This document shows, piece after piece, positions 29,108-40,843 of a DNA stretch of 64,000 nt. Origin of the DNA: Oopsacas minuta (taxonomy: Eukaryota; Animalia; Porifera); the NCBI GenBank assembly GCA_024704765.1, contig JAKMXF010000024.1:25218-89217 (forward strand), written 5' to 3'. Position numbers and translations under genes: made by a program. Position 1 is the first letter of the stretch; each line of letters opens with the position of its first letter. The notes beneath the pieces were generated by a model. The model was not told where the DNA came from. It saw nothing but the letters and a program-made list of their open reading frames with translations, and did no database searches.

Positions 29108-29392
29108 TATGATTTTCATCAAATCTCTAGCAAATCTTAATTTCGATATTGAATAAATTACTCATACTTATAGTGCCCTTTGAAGAGAGATTGGTCACTT
29201 GCCTATTGATTTGTGCTCAGTCCATAGCGACAATGAAAATAATGTAAGTACACTGGGGTGTGCTAGTGTCATTTTTCGATTTCCCAGGATCGCGGACATA
29301 CGGACGTACCATATCTTCAATGGAATTAGAATTTGAACAGCACTAATATTCGGTTTACTATACACTTTGGCCATATTAAGTAAACTTATCAC

Positions 29393-29504
29393 CAGACCTG
29401 GGGTTGATTACTGGTGAGTGATTATGATTATGATTATGATTACAGGAAAAGTTGTAATTGATTACAATTGATTACGATTGTAATCATAATCAACCCCAGG
29501 CCTG
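29393..29504. mobile_element. hAT MITE, 112 bp, between POLR1A and DHX9
   Basis: 18-bp TIRs CAGACCTGGGGTTGATTA / TAATCAACCCCAGGCCTG (1 mismatch). Perfect 8-bp TSD CTTATCAC. Internal GATTAT repeats. Confidence 0.88.
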
Positions 29505-29565
29505 CTTATCACATTATTATCATTATCATAAAAATACTTAACAGATTTAATTCTTATACTAGATA

Positions 29566-32500
29566 ATGCTACGTGATGCAAAGGCATTTCTGAAAAGCTT
29601 TAACGATAGGCGCAAGACATCAGGTGCTGAGTATACTGTAGAGAATGAGACAGGTGATTATTCAAACCAAAACTATTTCTACTGTGAGTGTAGGATACCC
29701 GGTTTTGAGAATATCGGAGTAGGAGAGTCTCACTTAAAAAGATTCGCTGAACACCGCGCGGCTAAACACCTCTGCCAACAACTGAGAGATATGGGACTAG
29801 TGGATGAAGATGTCAGTATACAAATAGGACTAGATGATCCCGACCCTCCTTCTGAAGAGGAGACTGTTGTATACACAGGAATAGTAGCTCCACAGATTAC
29901 AGTAGAAGAGAGGAAGGTAATATTTAGTGGACCATTTATATATGTATGGACTATACGGAGGAAGATGTCTGTTTTAGAGTATCCACAGTGATACTGCTTT
30001 GTTTAGAGATTTTTCTGTTTTTATACTCAACTTTTACGTACGCATATCCTGTAGTGTTCGACCATTAATCATTCGCCAAATAGTAACTTTTTCAAAGACT
30101 GTGAGTCTCATCTCCCATGTTTGGAAATAATTCTTCCACTAGCAACAGTAGCGAGTTTGCGTATTAGCAAGGGAAATTCGTGAAAATACGACTTGGTAAA
30201 TGCGAACTCTACGGTATACAGATATATTAGAAATACCTGCTGGTATCAAAGTAGGAAAAATGATCCCAAACAAATTTAAATTGCAATTCCTTCACTTAAC
30301 ATCGAAGTAAATATCTTGGTTCTTGGGATCTATTAGAGACACAATTATTGTTAAGAAATTACGGTGCATGCATATAATTGTGTTTCAAATATATTATGTA
30401 ATTCTATAGAGGCCTGCTCCTCCCTCACAGTCTGAAGTGTACGGAGCTGGAGGATGGAGCTTAATTAACGCTAAATCTCGTCTCAATCTATACATGCAGC
30501 AAACCAAACAGACCAAAGAGATGAACATATATGCAGTAGGGCCTGACCACCACAAGTCATTTATAGGTGAAATATCACTTTATGTTCCTTCTTGCAGGAA
30601 CTACATCACGATCAAGGTTAGTACAATATTTTAATATATGGTGTGTATACTGTAGCAGCCATAACGTGTATAGAATTGTATGAAATGCAACTTCAAAACA
30701 ATTTTTGGCCGATCTGGAATTTTATAATTTTTGCATTGTAGTTCTGTATCCCATTCTGGAATTTGAAATTTCCATTCTGTTTTATTTCAGAATAGCCACA
30801 ATAATTACACTGAATGAGTATTAATTACATGAAATATTATGAGTTGATTAATATACAAGTACAAATACATTACTGTATTGCCTCAGGAGGCCACCCGAGC
30901 AGTTTGTTTAGTCCTCCCTTTCCTTTAGCTGGCTTCCCGTATCTCATTTCTAGCTCATAAGTAGGCAACTCTTTCATTTTATATGCCATTTTGCCTGAAG
31001 TTGTTTCTGGATATTTCCTTTCTGTATTTTTATCAATTTTATCTGCTTCGCCCGTTTTCCCTGATTCGTGATTTTTCTCATCTTCTTTCTGAGCTCTAAG
31101 GAACCCCCAATCATTATCCCATTGCTTCTGGGATTTTAACTCTAGCTTAACGTGATCTCTCCATATCTTGTCTTGATTTACAAAGTTGCATTTGAGGATT
31201 GTGCTTTTCGAACTCATATTGACAGCATTCTGTCATACGATTTCATTCTTATACTTGTAATTTTGATTGTTTATTTGCTATGACCTGACAGGTATTATCA
31301 TCAATTATCAGTTGGTAAGAGGATAGTTAAGTAATTTGATTAATTATATTCAAACAAAAAATAGCTAGTCTATAGCCTAGACAGTTAGGATTAAAATTTG
31401 GAATTGGATTAAGTGGATATTGAAATCATTGGATTAGTTGGAATACTTGGATACACTCCTGGATATCTTATATTATCTCGGGATTTACATCTCATCCGAG
31501 GGGAATTTTTAATGCTGGGAAATTTCTATTTTTAGTTTATTATTATTTTTAATTGTTTGAAATTAGTTATTCATTAAATATTTTGACTTTTTCATTCTTA
31601 GTCTTACCTGAGAATTCTAATAATATTCCATTTTCTTTACTCCTGTACGGATGCAGACATCCTGTGTGTATAGTTCTGGACTCGAATTTAACTCTAAATC
31701 CTGTCACAGTAATATGTATATTTAATATTTATTCATCAGGAACATGGGAGCACTAAGAAAGTAGCTAGTAACACCTGTGCTCTATCTGCCCTCTCTAAGC
31801 TGTACATGATGGGAGCTATTGAGGAGTTTCAGAGTAAAGAAGAAAAGAAATTAGCTCTGTCTAGAGAGATGCCGGAGTTAACGATTCCTCAAGAGTTAGT
31901 TGAACGAGCTGAAGTAATGTTAGCAGGTTAGATAAATTGATATTTGATATTGGTAAAGAGATGCAAATCAAAACGTTCAATATATATCCCTTGACTTTAT
32001 GCACATATCCCACCTCTCTGGCAATTTTTCTATATCAGTGGAAATAATACTGGAGGTGTCACTTTTCACACTGTTCCACTTAGTACTTGAGACTCTAAAT
32101 CTCTAATTACGCAAGGGCCTCTTCATTTCCCCAACAAACTGAGGCCATCCTCTTACACCCGTGTACTTGTTTCCTTGGTGGGAGCACGTTCATTCATCAC
32201 TGCTCTTCCATTGTTCTCTGGTTCGTAATGAAACCACGATTCGTCTTTCAAGATACGATCCAAAAGTTTGCATTCAAGAAATACGGTGGAACTCAGACAA
32301 TACGTACCCTTTCGTGAAACAAATTCTTATACTTACTACAGCTTATCCAAATAGGAATTGTATATGAAGTAGTGTGTATTTATAGAGTGTACGTCTTATC
32401 TGAGTTCCACTGTAGACATGTTGGATACTGAAGGTCCAGTCCCTGGCGTTTGTAGTCATCATCAATATTCTAGTTTTGGACGCATGGTTTCTGCTATCAA

Positions 32501-35500
32501 TTGGAGTTTTTGGTCGGCATTGTGATTGGAAAACTTTCAGCTCGCCCTCGACGCAACGTTGTTCTTGGTATCGGACTCCGAATACATAGCACTGAGCATG
32601 AACATTGATATTCTTATTGCTGATGTGAATATTCTCTGCTGCGTCCATTCAAAAGTATAAGAATAATTAATTATTAAGGACTTGCAGCTGTTAATCTAAA
32701 GATTACATTGACACTCACTATTCCCATTGGATGACGTCACAGAATACTTAGACTTTATCCGCAGTTTACTCACCAAGTTTCTAAATTGATTACAATACCA
32801 TCGTCTCCACTTAATTGGGAGATACTATCTGTCCCAATTAAGTAGAATTTTCTTCTCTGAATGAAATTTGTATTTCTCGTTGGGTGATCTAAATTCCTTC
32901 TTTCACAGAATAGACGTTTAGTATTTATAGCATTCCTGAATATTCCCTTTCTTTCCAGCAGTTACCATCATTTGTATAGATTCTATTATAATTGGAACAT
33001 CCACCCATACCTATCAGTCTCCCTCTAGAGATGCAGATTGGCTCCTGAATACAATTCATGTCTCTGTTACAGATCTTTACTTTAATGTTAGTTATCATTT
33101 ATCTACCCTGAGGTCTTGCTATCTCATTTTGTTTCAAACAGTTATTCCTCTTTATTTACGCGGTTTACTTGTCCAACCATCATTTAATTGAAGTAACATA
33201 TTCTCGCCTGATATACAGGAAAATCTTATATAGTTAAAATCTTCCAGATTGTTAATAAAATCAAACATACGAATTATTATTGTGAATATTATGACATATT
33301 TCTCCTACAATAATCCAGAGAGAGTACTGCTAGGATGCTGAATATCTCAATTAGTATGTATATGTAACTCTCTAGTATATAGCTCTGTCCACCCTTGGAA
33401 ACTATTTGACTCCCTGTTAGGATTTGCCCAAATATTTCTCAGATTCGTTACAACTATGGTTATAACAGTATATTGTACTTCTCCTTTAGAGAGAGGTATC
33501 CAGTTGGTAGAAGAATCTCCAGATGAACCTATTTCTGTTATAACAGAGAAACCTCAGACCGGAGTATTTCCTACATCTCAGAGCGAAGTGAGTAACTAAT
33601 TACTTAATCAGTTAACATCCCGTAACTCCACACCCTTAAAATCTGTTCGAATAATCGAATATTCGAGTTAACGGATGCGATAAGTACTAAAAGTACAACG
33701 AAGGAAGTGAATATTCGTTCGAGATACGAATGTTCGAGTTAACCGAGTTAGCGGATGTTGACTGTAATTTATATCCAATCAGATATTTTAATGAAGTAGG
33801 AATAAAGGGCTTATGATTATTTAGGACTAAATTTACATATGTTAATATATTTTAGCTAAATTTAGAATCTATTACAGTTTAGTTCATAACTTCGTAATCA
33901 ATTGTATTCCTTTTTCGCAAAAATATTTGTTTATCGTATTCGTGTGCGTGTGTATAGGTAATCCAATGGGCAGAACCTCACATTGACTGGAACCCTTGGA
34001 CAGGTCGTTCCACCACCGTTCAACTACACCTCGGGCATTCTAATGAGGAGAGAGATCATCTTGAGAATCAACGTCTCTTAGAAGAATACAGGATGTCTAG
34101 TGACTCAGCTTCAGGGAAAGCAAGATTACAAAGCAGGCAACAGTTGACTATTTCATCTAGAAGAGATGATATATTGCGATTAGTAGAACAGAATCAGGTA
34201 TATATTCGCTTTTGTAACTGTTTCGTGATATTCGCGAAAATTTGCCAAAGCCTCCTTTCTCGCGAAATCATTTGTATTTTTGGGTCTATTGGAAGACCGA
34301 AAAACATTCCATTATTTAATGGTCGAATCATTACTTGATTTCTTTCTTGAAAAACTGTTTTCTTTTTACGATTTAAATTATATGTCAAAGCTTCACTGTA
34401 GATATAGGATATTACGTATATCTGTTTGCATTTCGCATTCTATTATTTACAGGTTGTATTGATTCGCGGAGACACCGGCTCAGGCAAGACAACACAAGTA
34501 CCTCAGTTCATTCTAGACAGCTACATAGAGAAGGGGTGTGGTTCTAAATGCAATATACTTGTCACACAGCCTAGACGTATATCTGCTATAGCAGTTAGTG
34601 AAAGAGTAGCTGCAGAGAGAGGAGAACAATTGGGTATATCTGTCGGATACAGTGTTAGATTTGATAATGAATTACCGAGACAGCTGGGTTCTATACTATA
34701 CTGTACTACAGGGATTCTGTGTAGGAAGTTGGAATTAGGTTAGTGCTAACTGCTAGTAAAGATATTTTAGATGTAATTACAGTAGAACTCGGATTATGCG
34801 CTCTACTTTTTCAAACCAAAAATTTACTTCTCATTCATTTTAGGTACACTGTTAGTAAGTACTAGTTTTGTTTCCTGAAGAGATACGTCTTATGTTTGCT
34901 GTAATTTTGTACGTATTTCCATGATAGCCGTTTCGCTCTATCGGAACATTTTTCAATAATATTTTCGTTTAACGTATATCAATAATTGAACACGCTAAAT
35001 ATCAAAATTTTCTCATTACTTAGGTCTAAATGGCATTTCTCATCTAATTATGGATGAAGTACATGAACGTGATATCAATACAGATTTTCTATTCGTTGCG
35101 ATCCGTGATATGATGCGAACATATCCAAGCTTCCATGTTGTAATAATGTCTGCTACTGTTGATACTACAATATTCTCTAATTTCTTCTTCAACTGTCCTG
35201 TTGTTGAAGTTTTGGGAAAGATGTTTCCAGTACAAGAATACTTTTTAGAGGATGCGATTGAGTTTCTAGAATTTCACCCTCCCCCATCTAAAATACCTCC
35301 AGCTGATGATGAATTCGTTGGAGACAGTAACAAGAATTTGGAATGTGATAGGCTTGTTTACAAAACATCAACTTGTTTGGCCATGGCTAAAATGGTTGAG
35401 AGAGAGGTTAGTTAGTTATTAGGACACATTTCTAGGGTCATAATAAAATTAATTCTGTTCACCAATTATAAGAATTTTTAAGGTATTTAAGTTTGTTTCA

Positions 35501-38500
35501 AAGTAATACTGTTGAGTTAATTGAAATTACATCATATGCCTAAAAGGTTATGGAAAACTACCGTAGTAGAACTCGGATGAGACCTATCCCCTTATTAGAC
35601 CAAAATTATTACAGACCAACCGAGTTATACTGTATTTTAAATGACGAATACACGAAATTACTATAGAGCTACTTTATTTGTAAACTGTCTACAACTCGCA
35701 TATAAGGTAATACAAAATTTGTTCAATAACTTGAGGAATTGCTTTAATTATCGAAGAAAAAACCTTGCCATAAATAGACAGCCTACATATATGATTAGTC
35801 ATTACTTATTATCCTATGAATTCTCTTAATCAATTCAAAATCATTATCTAGATTAGTTTTGAGCTCATCGAGAGTCTACTGGACTATTTCTCAACTCTTA
35901 ACCTAGAAGGATCAGTCCTTATCTTCCTACCTGGATGGAATCTCATATACGCATTGAGTCAATATTTAACAGAAAATCCTAAATTTTCTCCTTCCAAATA
36001 CCTAATACTACCTTTACATTCATCAGTACCAAGAGAAGATCAAGCAAAAATATTCCATCCAACTCTCCCGGGCGTAACAAAGGTTATAATAGCCACAAAT
36101 ATAGCAGAGACAAGTATTACAATTAATGACGTCGTATTTGTGATAGATTCAGCTAAAGCAAAGATCAAACACTTTACTTCTTATAATAATATGACTCATT
36201 ATATTACTGTTTGGGCTTCTAAGACTAATTTGGAGCAGAGGATGGGGAGAGCTGGGAGAGTACAAGCTGGATTCTGTTTCCATCTATGTTCTAAAGCTAG
36301 ATACGAGTGAGTTATCTTTATAAACTGTATTATCCGAAGTTATAGCTTAGTTGATCAAGGTTGTATTATACTTAGGAGGTATGGGGCATCCCCCTAACAG
36401 TAGATTAATCAGAAATTTTCCTTTATTCTCATGTATTTATAGTGCTCTCCCTCAACACATGATACCAGAGATATTGAGATCACCTCTACTAGACATTGTG
36501 CTTAACATCAAACTGTTGATGCTAGGAGATATCAGCAACTATCTATCTCGTTGTATAGAGCCTCCAACTGATGTAGCTATACAGGAAGCTATATATCTTC
36601 TGAAGGTTAAGAATGCTCTTGATATGGAGGAGAATATTACGCCATTAGGCAGTATTGTAGCAAGGTAATTTTTGTTACAACTTCCACCAAGGGCAATCTG
36701 AAGTTTCCATTATTCATTGTGATAGGAAATGAGACGTTGAGACTGTATTTTGGCGTGACCGTTATTGCAGGTTTTTATTTACAGTCAATTCCCGTTTTAT
36801 CGAAGCTCAAGGGACCGCGAAAATCACTTCGCGAAGTCCGATCTAGTCGATAAAATGTCTGCCGCTTTGACCCTATTTGTACAATTTCAGACTTCGATAT
36901 TTACCGAGTATTTCCATCTCTGTATGTTCGATTTAACGGGAGTTGAATATTGAAGACGACTCACCAATTTTATCTCCTCCAACAATAATATCATTTCCTT
37001 ATTCTATAGACTTCCTCTTGAACCAAGAATAGCCTACATGCTAATACTGAGTACTCTATTTGGAGAAGGAGATACCTTCACTACAATAACTGCTGCTATG
37101 AGCTTTCAGGAACCTTACATTATAAAAGGCAAGCGTCTAATGTACAGACATAGAAACTTGGGTAAAGCTAAATTCAGTGATCACATCTCATTGAATAATG
37201 TCTACCAGAATTGGTTAGTTCATAAAGAGCGTAGTAATGTGGACGCGGAAAATTTTTGTTACCAATTCCAATTGAATAAAAACTCGTTAAATATGGTACA
37301 TGATGCTAAACAACAGTTACAGAGGATTCTAATGGACCAGGGATTTCCTGAAGAGTGTTTTATGCGGAAACATTCAAAGTTCGTTGAACCAGAAAATGCT
37401 TTTGTGATAACAGCTTTGTTGTGTGTAGGGTTATACCCTAATGTAGCTGTTATTGAGGAGAAGAGAAAGGTAAGTTTTACAGGTGAAGTTAAAATTAATT
37501 AATATCTAGCATTCAATACAATTGAATCTAGTTTGTAGTGTAGTAGAGGTAATTTCTTCTTGACATAAGACGTACTTCAGTTAGTACGTGCTAATTTTTG
37601 TTTCTCGAGGGATATGTCTTATCTGAGTTATACTTTATGTTTTAAGGATATAAATTGTACTATTCTTATACCTGAAATCCACTGTAGTTATCAAATATAT
37701 GATCATGTTTACGAGTAGAATATTTACTATATGTTTCAACTTCTAGCTTCGTCTCCCAGAAAAGAAGCATGCTCTCATCCACAAGACCTCTAACCTATGT
37801 CCAATGACACACAGTGAGGACATGTTGTACCCCTCTCCTTATGTCATATTCAGTGAGAAGTTACGTACAAAAACAGTATCAGCTAAACAGCTTACAATGG
37901 TAGAGCTAATACATTTAGCTTTATTCGGTTCAAATATCATTACAGCTTATGAATATATATCGACAATGGATTCCTGGATTGATTTTGTGTTACCATTCAG
38001 ACACGCGGCGATTATAGGAGGCATTAGAGAAGCTCTATCCGAACTATTAAGTCAAGTTGCTATCAATCCCCCTTCAGCATTATTGATGCAACCTAGTGAT
38101 GTAGAGCTAATTGACTTGATAACAGAACTTACTAAATTAGAAACTTATCCAGATAAACATGAATTTAGACTACATAATACTGGCGGTTTTTCACAAAGTG
38201 GACGATATCATAGACGTGGTAACAGGTATCCCTCTGCTTCTTCATACCCCCAACAATCCTACGTACCTCAACAACCAGCACCTACTCACCCAGGGTATAA
38301 CTACCAGTCTGTAACATCACCTATAAGCTACATGGATACAGGAGATTATCAGGGTGGGTATACTGAGCAAGCTGAATGGAACCCTAGTCCTAGAGGGAGA
38401 TTCCAACATAGAGGAGGGTATAGAGGTCACAGGAGACAAAGGTCAAGGTTCAATCGAGGTGGTAGGCAACCTTTTAGGTCTGGTCATAGATATAGAGGTG

Positions 38501-38532
38501 GTGGTTTTCGCGGTAGAAGAACTTATTATTAG
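29566..38532 (+). CDS. DHX9: ATP-dependent RNA helicase A, multi-exon (29566-29916, 30410-30616, 31740-31926, 33490-33587, 33958-34197, then exons near 34452, 35023, 35854, 36442, 37010 and 37747-38532)
   Basis: Two dsRBDs ([11 protein letters not shown]...VGPDHHKSF; EHGSTKKVA), [43 protein letters not shown], and an RGG-rich C-terminus. Confidence 0.93.
30870..31217 (-). CDS. C20orf85/CIMIP1-like ciliary protein, intronless, nested antisense in DHX9 intron 2
   Basis: [36 protein letters not shown] and the C-terminal GWPPEAIQ resemble the C20orf85 family as recalled. Confidence 0.7.
   Translation of the reverse strand: MSSKSTILKCNFVNQDKIWRDHVKLELKSQKQWDNDWGFLRAQKEDEKNHESGKTGEADKIDKNTERKYPETTSGKMAYKMKELPTYELEMRYGKPAKGKGGLNKLLGWPPEAIQ
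32050..32650 (-). mobile_element. Degenerate mariner (Tc1/mariner) transposase relic in DHX9 intron 3
   Basis: Minus-strand fragments [16 protein letters not shown] and MASVCWG resemble the mariner motifs LDRIVTGDE-W-HYYEPE and VMASVFWD. Interrupted by stops and frameshifts. Confidence 0.55.
33609..33764. mobile_element. Tigger-like MITE in a DHX9 intron
   Basis: Imperfect TIRs CAGTTAACATCCCGTAACTC vs reverse complement CAGTCAACATCCGCTAACTC. The right end is followed by TA. Confidence 0.55.
34779..34893. mobile_element. Tigger-like MITE, right end truncated
   Basis: Starts TA|CAGTAGAACTCGGATTA. Shares TTTTGTTTCCTGAAG.GATACGTCTTAT with the 17625 copy. Confidence 0.5.
35563..35634. mobile_element. 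Internally deleted Tigger-like MITE
   Basis: GTAGAACTCGGATGAGAC...CCGAGTTATACTGTA inverted ends. Confidence 0.5.
36782..36949. mobile_element. pogo/Tigger-like MITE, same family as 3509-3695
   Basis: TA|CAGTCAATTCCCGTT...AACGGGAGTTGA inverted ends and a shared AGCTCAAGGGACCGCGA. Confidence 0.6.
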
Positions 38533-39177
38533 CTCATTCATATTTTTGTACATAGTATTTAACATAGAGAAATCAGAACCTTATTTCGCTAGTTAACCAG
38601 CTAAATAATGTTCTGGTTCTTCTATATAGAATTTGTATTAGTATTTTCTAAATTGTATTTTGCGATTGAGCTTTTGATACAAGCTGTCTTTTATATTAAT
38701 AAGAGCGGTTTCTGATCGGTATTAACGTTTCTCTTTGTGAAGAAATTGAATGAATTTAAAGTTAATAATTCTTCGAGAAGAGAATTAACATTTACGATCA
38801 ATTACTGCTCAATTCAATGTACTCTAAGCTTGTATTGAAAGGAGAAATATTTATAAAATACTGTATTTATTACGGCGACACAAATACCTGACCAAATGTG
38901 ACCAATATATATCCGCAGGTGATTGACCACTGGAAATGGGATTATTTTATTTTTAACTGTGCTTATTAATGATATTTCAATTTGTTTTTTTATAATGTAT
39001 GATCTTTGATCAATTTATTTTTATTGTTTGTACTGGACTAACAGACTGACTGGCTCGAAATAAACTTACAGTATGTAATAGATATAGTGATAACGCTGGG
39101 CACCGATATTTATACCAATATATCACTATATCCATTATGTACTGAAATATATTTAGTGTAGCAAAAAGACATACGAA

Positions 39178-39921
39178 ATGTCTAGTATTTTTGATTTGCT
39201 ATTTCAACACACCAATCGATTCAATGAGAGACATACTCCAGGTCCTGATGACACAAGGCGTCACACCACACCACAACACCATAATATATTCAGCGAGCTT
39301 GATCGTATCATGCATGAGATGATGCGGGAACATTTTCAAAGTATGAATACTTTTCTCAGTCCTGATCCCCATCACTTCCATCCTGAAGATAAAAGTCAAG
39401 ATTCTAACTTGAGAGATCGAATGCTTAAAAACCCCGACAAAGACTACCATGAGTACCCAGGTAGAAATTACTATGTTCCGAATAAGGACATAGATCTTGA
39501 CGGTACAATCCAGAATAATCCTAAACTAATCGATCAAATTTTTGAAGAAACTCCACCAACTCAACAACCTAGTAACCAATTCCGACATCAAGAATTTAAT
39601 CCTTTTTCTCAGTTTTTCACGCCTCAAAATTCGCAAAGTGGGTTCACATTTCAATCAGTTGTGGTTACTAGGGGAGAAGATGGAAAATTAAAATATGAAA
39701 AGCGCGAAATTCGCGAGGACGCAGATGGAAATCGACAAGAGACCATAACTTCATCAGATGATGATGATAATAATAATAATAATAATGATGATGTAGGTCA
39801 ACAATTCTTACAACGAAAACCAATACAATACCAAAACAGAATTACTAGTCCCGGGCTATTCACCGGTCAATATGGAGTATTTAGTAGAATTAAGGATTGG
39901 TTCTATCCTCCTAACAACTAA
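39178..39921 (+). CDS. HAX1: HCLS1-associated protein X-1-like, intronless
   Basis: LRDRMLK, KDIDLDG and FQSVVVTRGEDGKLKYEKREIREDADGNRQETIT match the HAX1 pattern as recalled. Confidence 0.7.
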   Translation: MSSIFDLLFQHTNRFNERHTPGPDDTRRHTTPQHHNIFSELDRIMHEMMREHFQSMNTFLSPDPHHFHPEDKSQDSNLRDRMLKNPDKDYHEYPGRNYYVPNKDIDLDGTIQNNPKLIDQIFEETPPTQQPSNQFRHQEFNPFSQFFTPQNSQSGFTFQSVVVTRGEDGKLKYEKREIREDADGNRQETITSSDDDDNNNNNNDDVGQQFLQRKPIQYQNRITSPGLFTGQYGVFSRIKDWFYPPNN

Positions 39922-40843
39922 TTTATCTTAATGTTATATTAATAACTAACTCCATTGGTAATAGCTCTTATTATCTGATAATTGAACACAATAAAATTAT
40001 TGGGAGGGAATTATAGCATATTTTTGCATTTGTTGTTATTATTATATGTCAATTTCTTGAAAATTTGATGATTTTCTAAGAGCACACATTTTGGCCCAAA
40101 TCTACTATATTTTAGAACTCTTTTATTATTAATAAATTCATAAACAGATAGCACGTCAAGAGTGACGGTTAAGTCTGGTCGATTTAGCCACGTTTCACTA
40201 TATGGCTATGTGTATGCATCTACCAAAATTGTACTGTAAAATTACTTATTTAACAGGAGCTATTTTTTCACTTCCTGTCTTCAAATTCTGTTGACCAATT
40301 GACCAGTGCAGTTTATCTTGTTAGCTAGCTAGAAAATAGTTTTGTGATTATTCAATTCTCCCATAAACTCAACACAGATCGTATATATGTAAATATATTT
40401 TGATTTAACTCTTGATAATTGGTACATTTATGTAAGATATTTCCTAGGGTGAATTAATTTCCAATGCTTCCTACAGTGTTTTTTTCAAAATATCAATTAT
40501 TCAAAGAAAATAACTTCCAGCATAGCAGTTGCAGGCAATTCGGCACGTGCCGTTATACATCATCAATTTTCCAGTAAACAACATTATAACTTATTAACAC
40601 AATAATTGTTAATATCCAAATTTGATGAAATAGGCGTCATATGTGTTAGCATCTGGTAAACATGTTATTGCATATTACAGGTTATTCCAATTCTCCATAC
40701 GTATTAATATTGTCATCCGTTTATTATTCAATATTTCAAGAGATAATTACTTTTCTATTGTTTGCTCTAAATATATTTGCTATTTATTAACTGAGCTCAC
40801 ATTTCTATTTTCTAGTCATGATCTACTACCAAATCATCGAACA

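Noticed and set aside
3300-38532. U12-type introns, prompted by SNRNP35 in the window
   Set aside because: None of the donors I identified matches RTATCCTT. All look like ordinary GT-AG introns.
40643-40843. Extra 67 N-terminal residues of STIM in the ORF track
   Set aside because: They start at GTG and are low-complexity AT-rich sequence. ATG 40844 gives a proper signal peptide.
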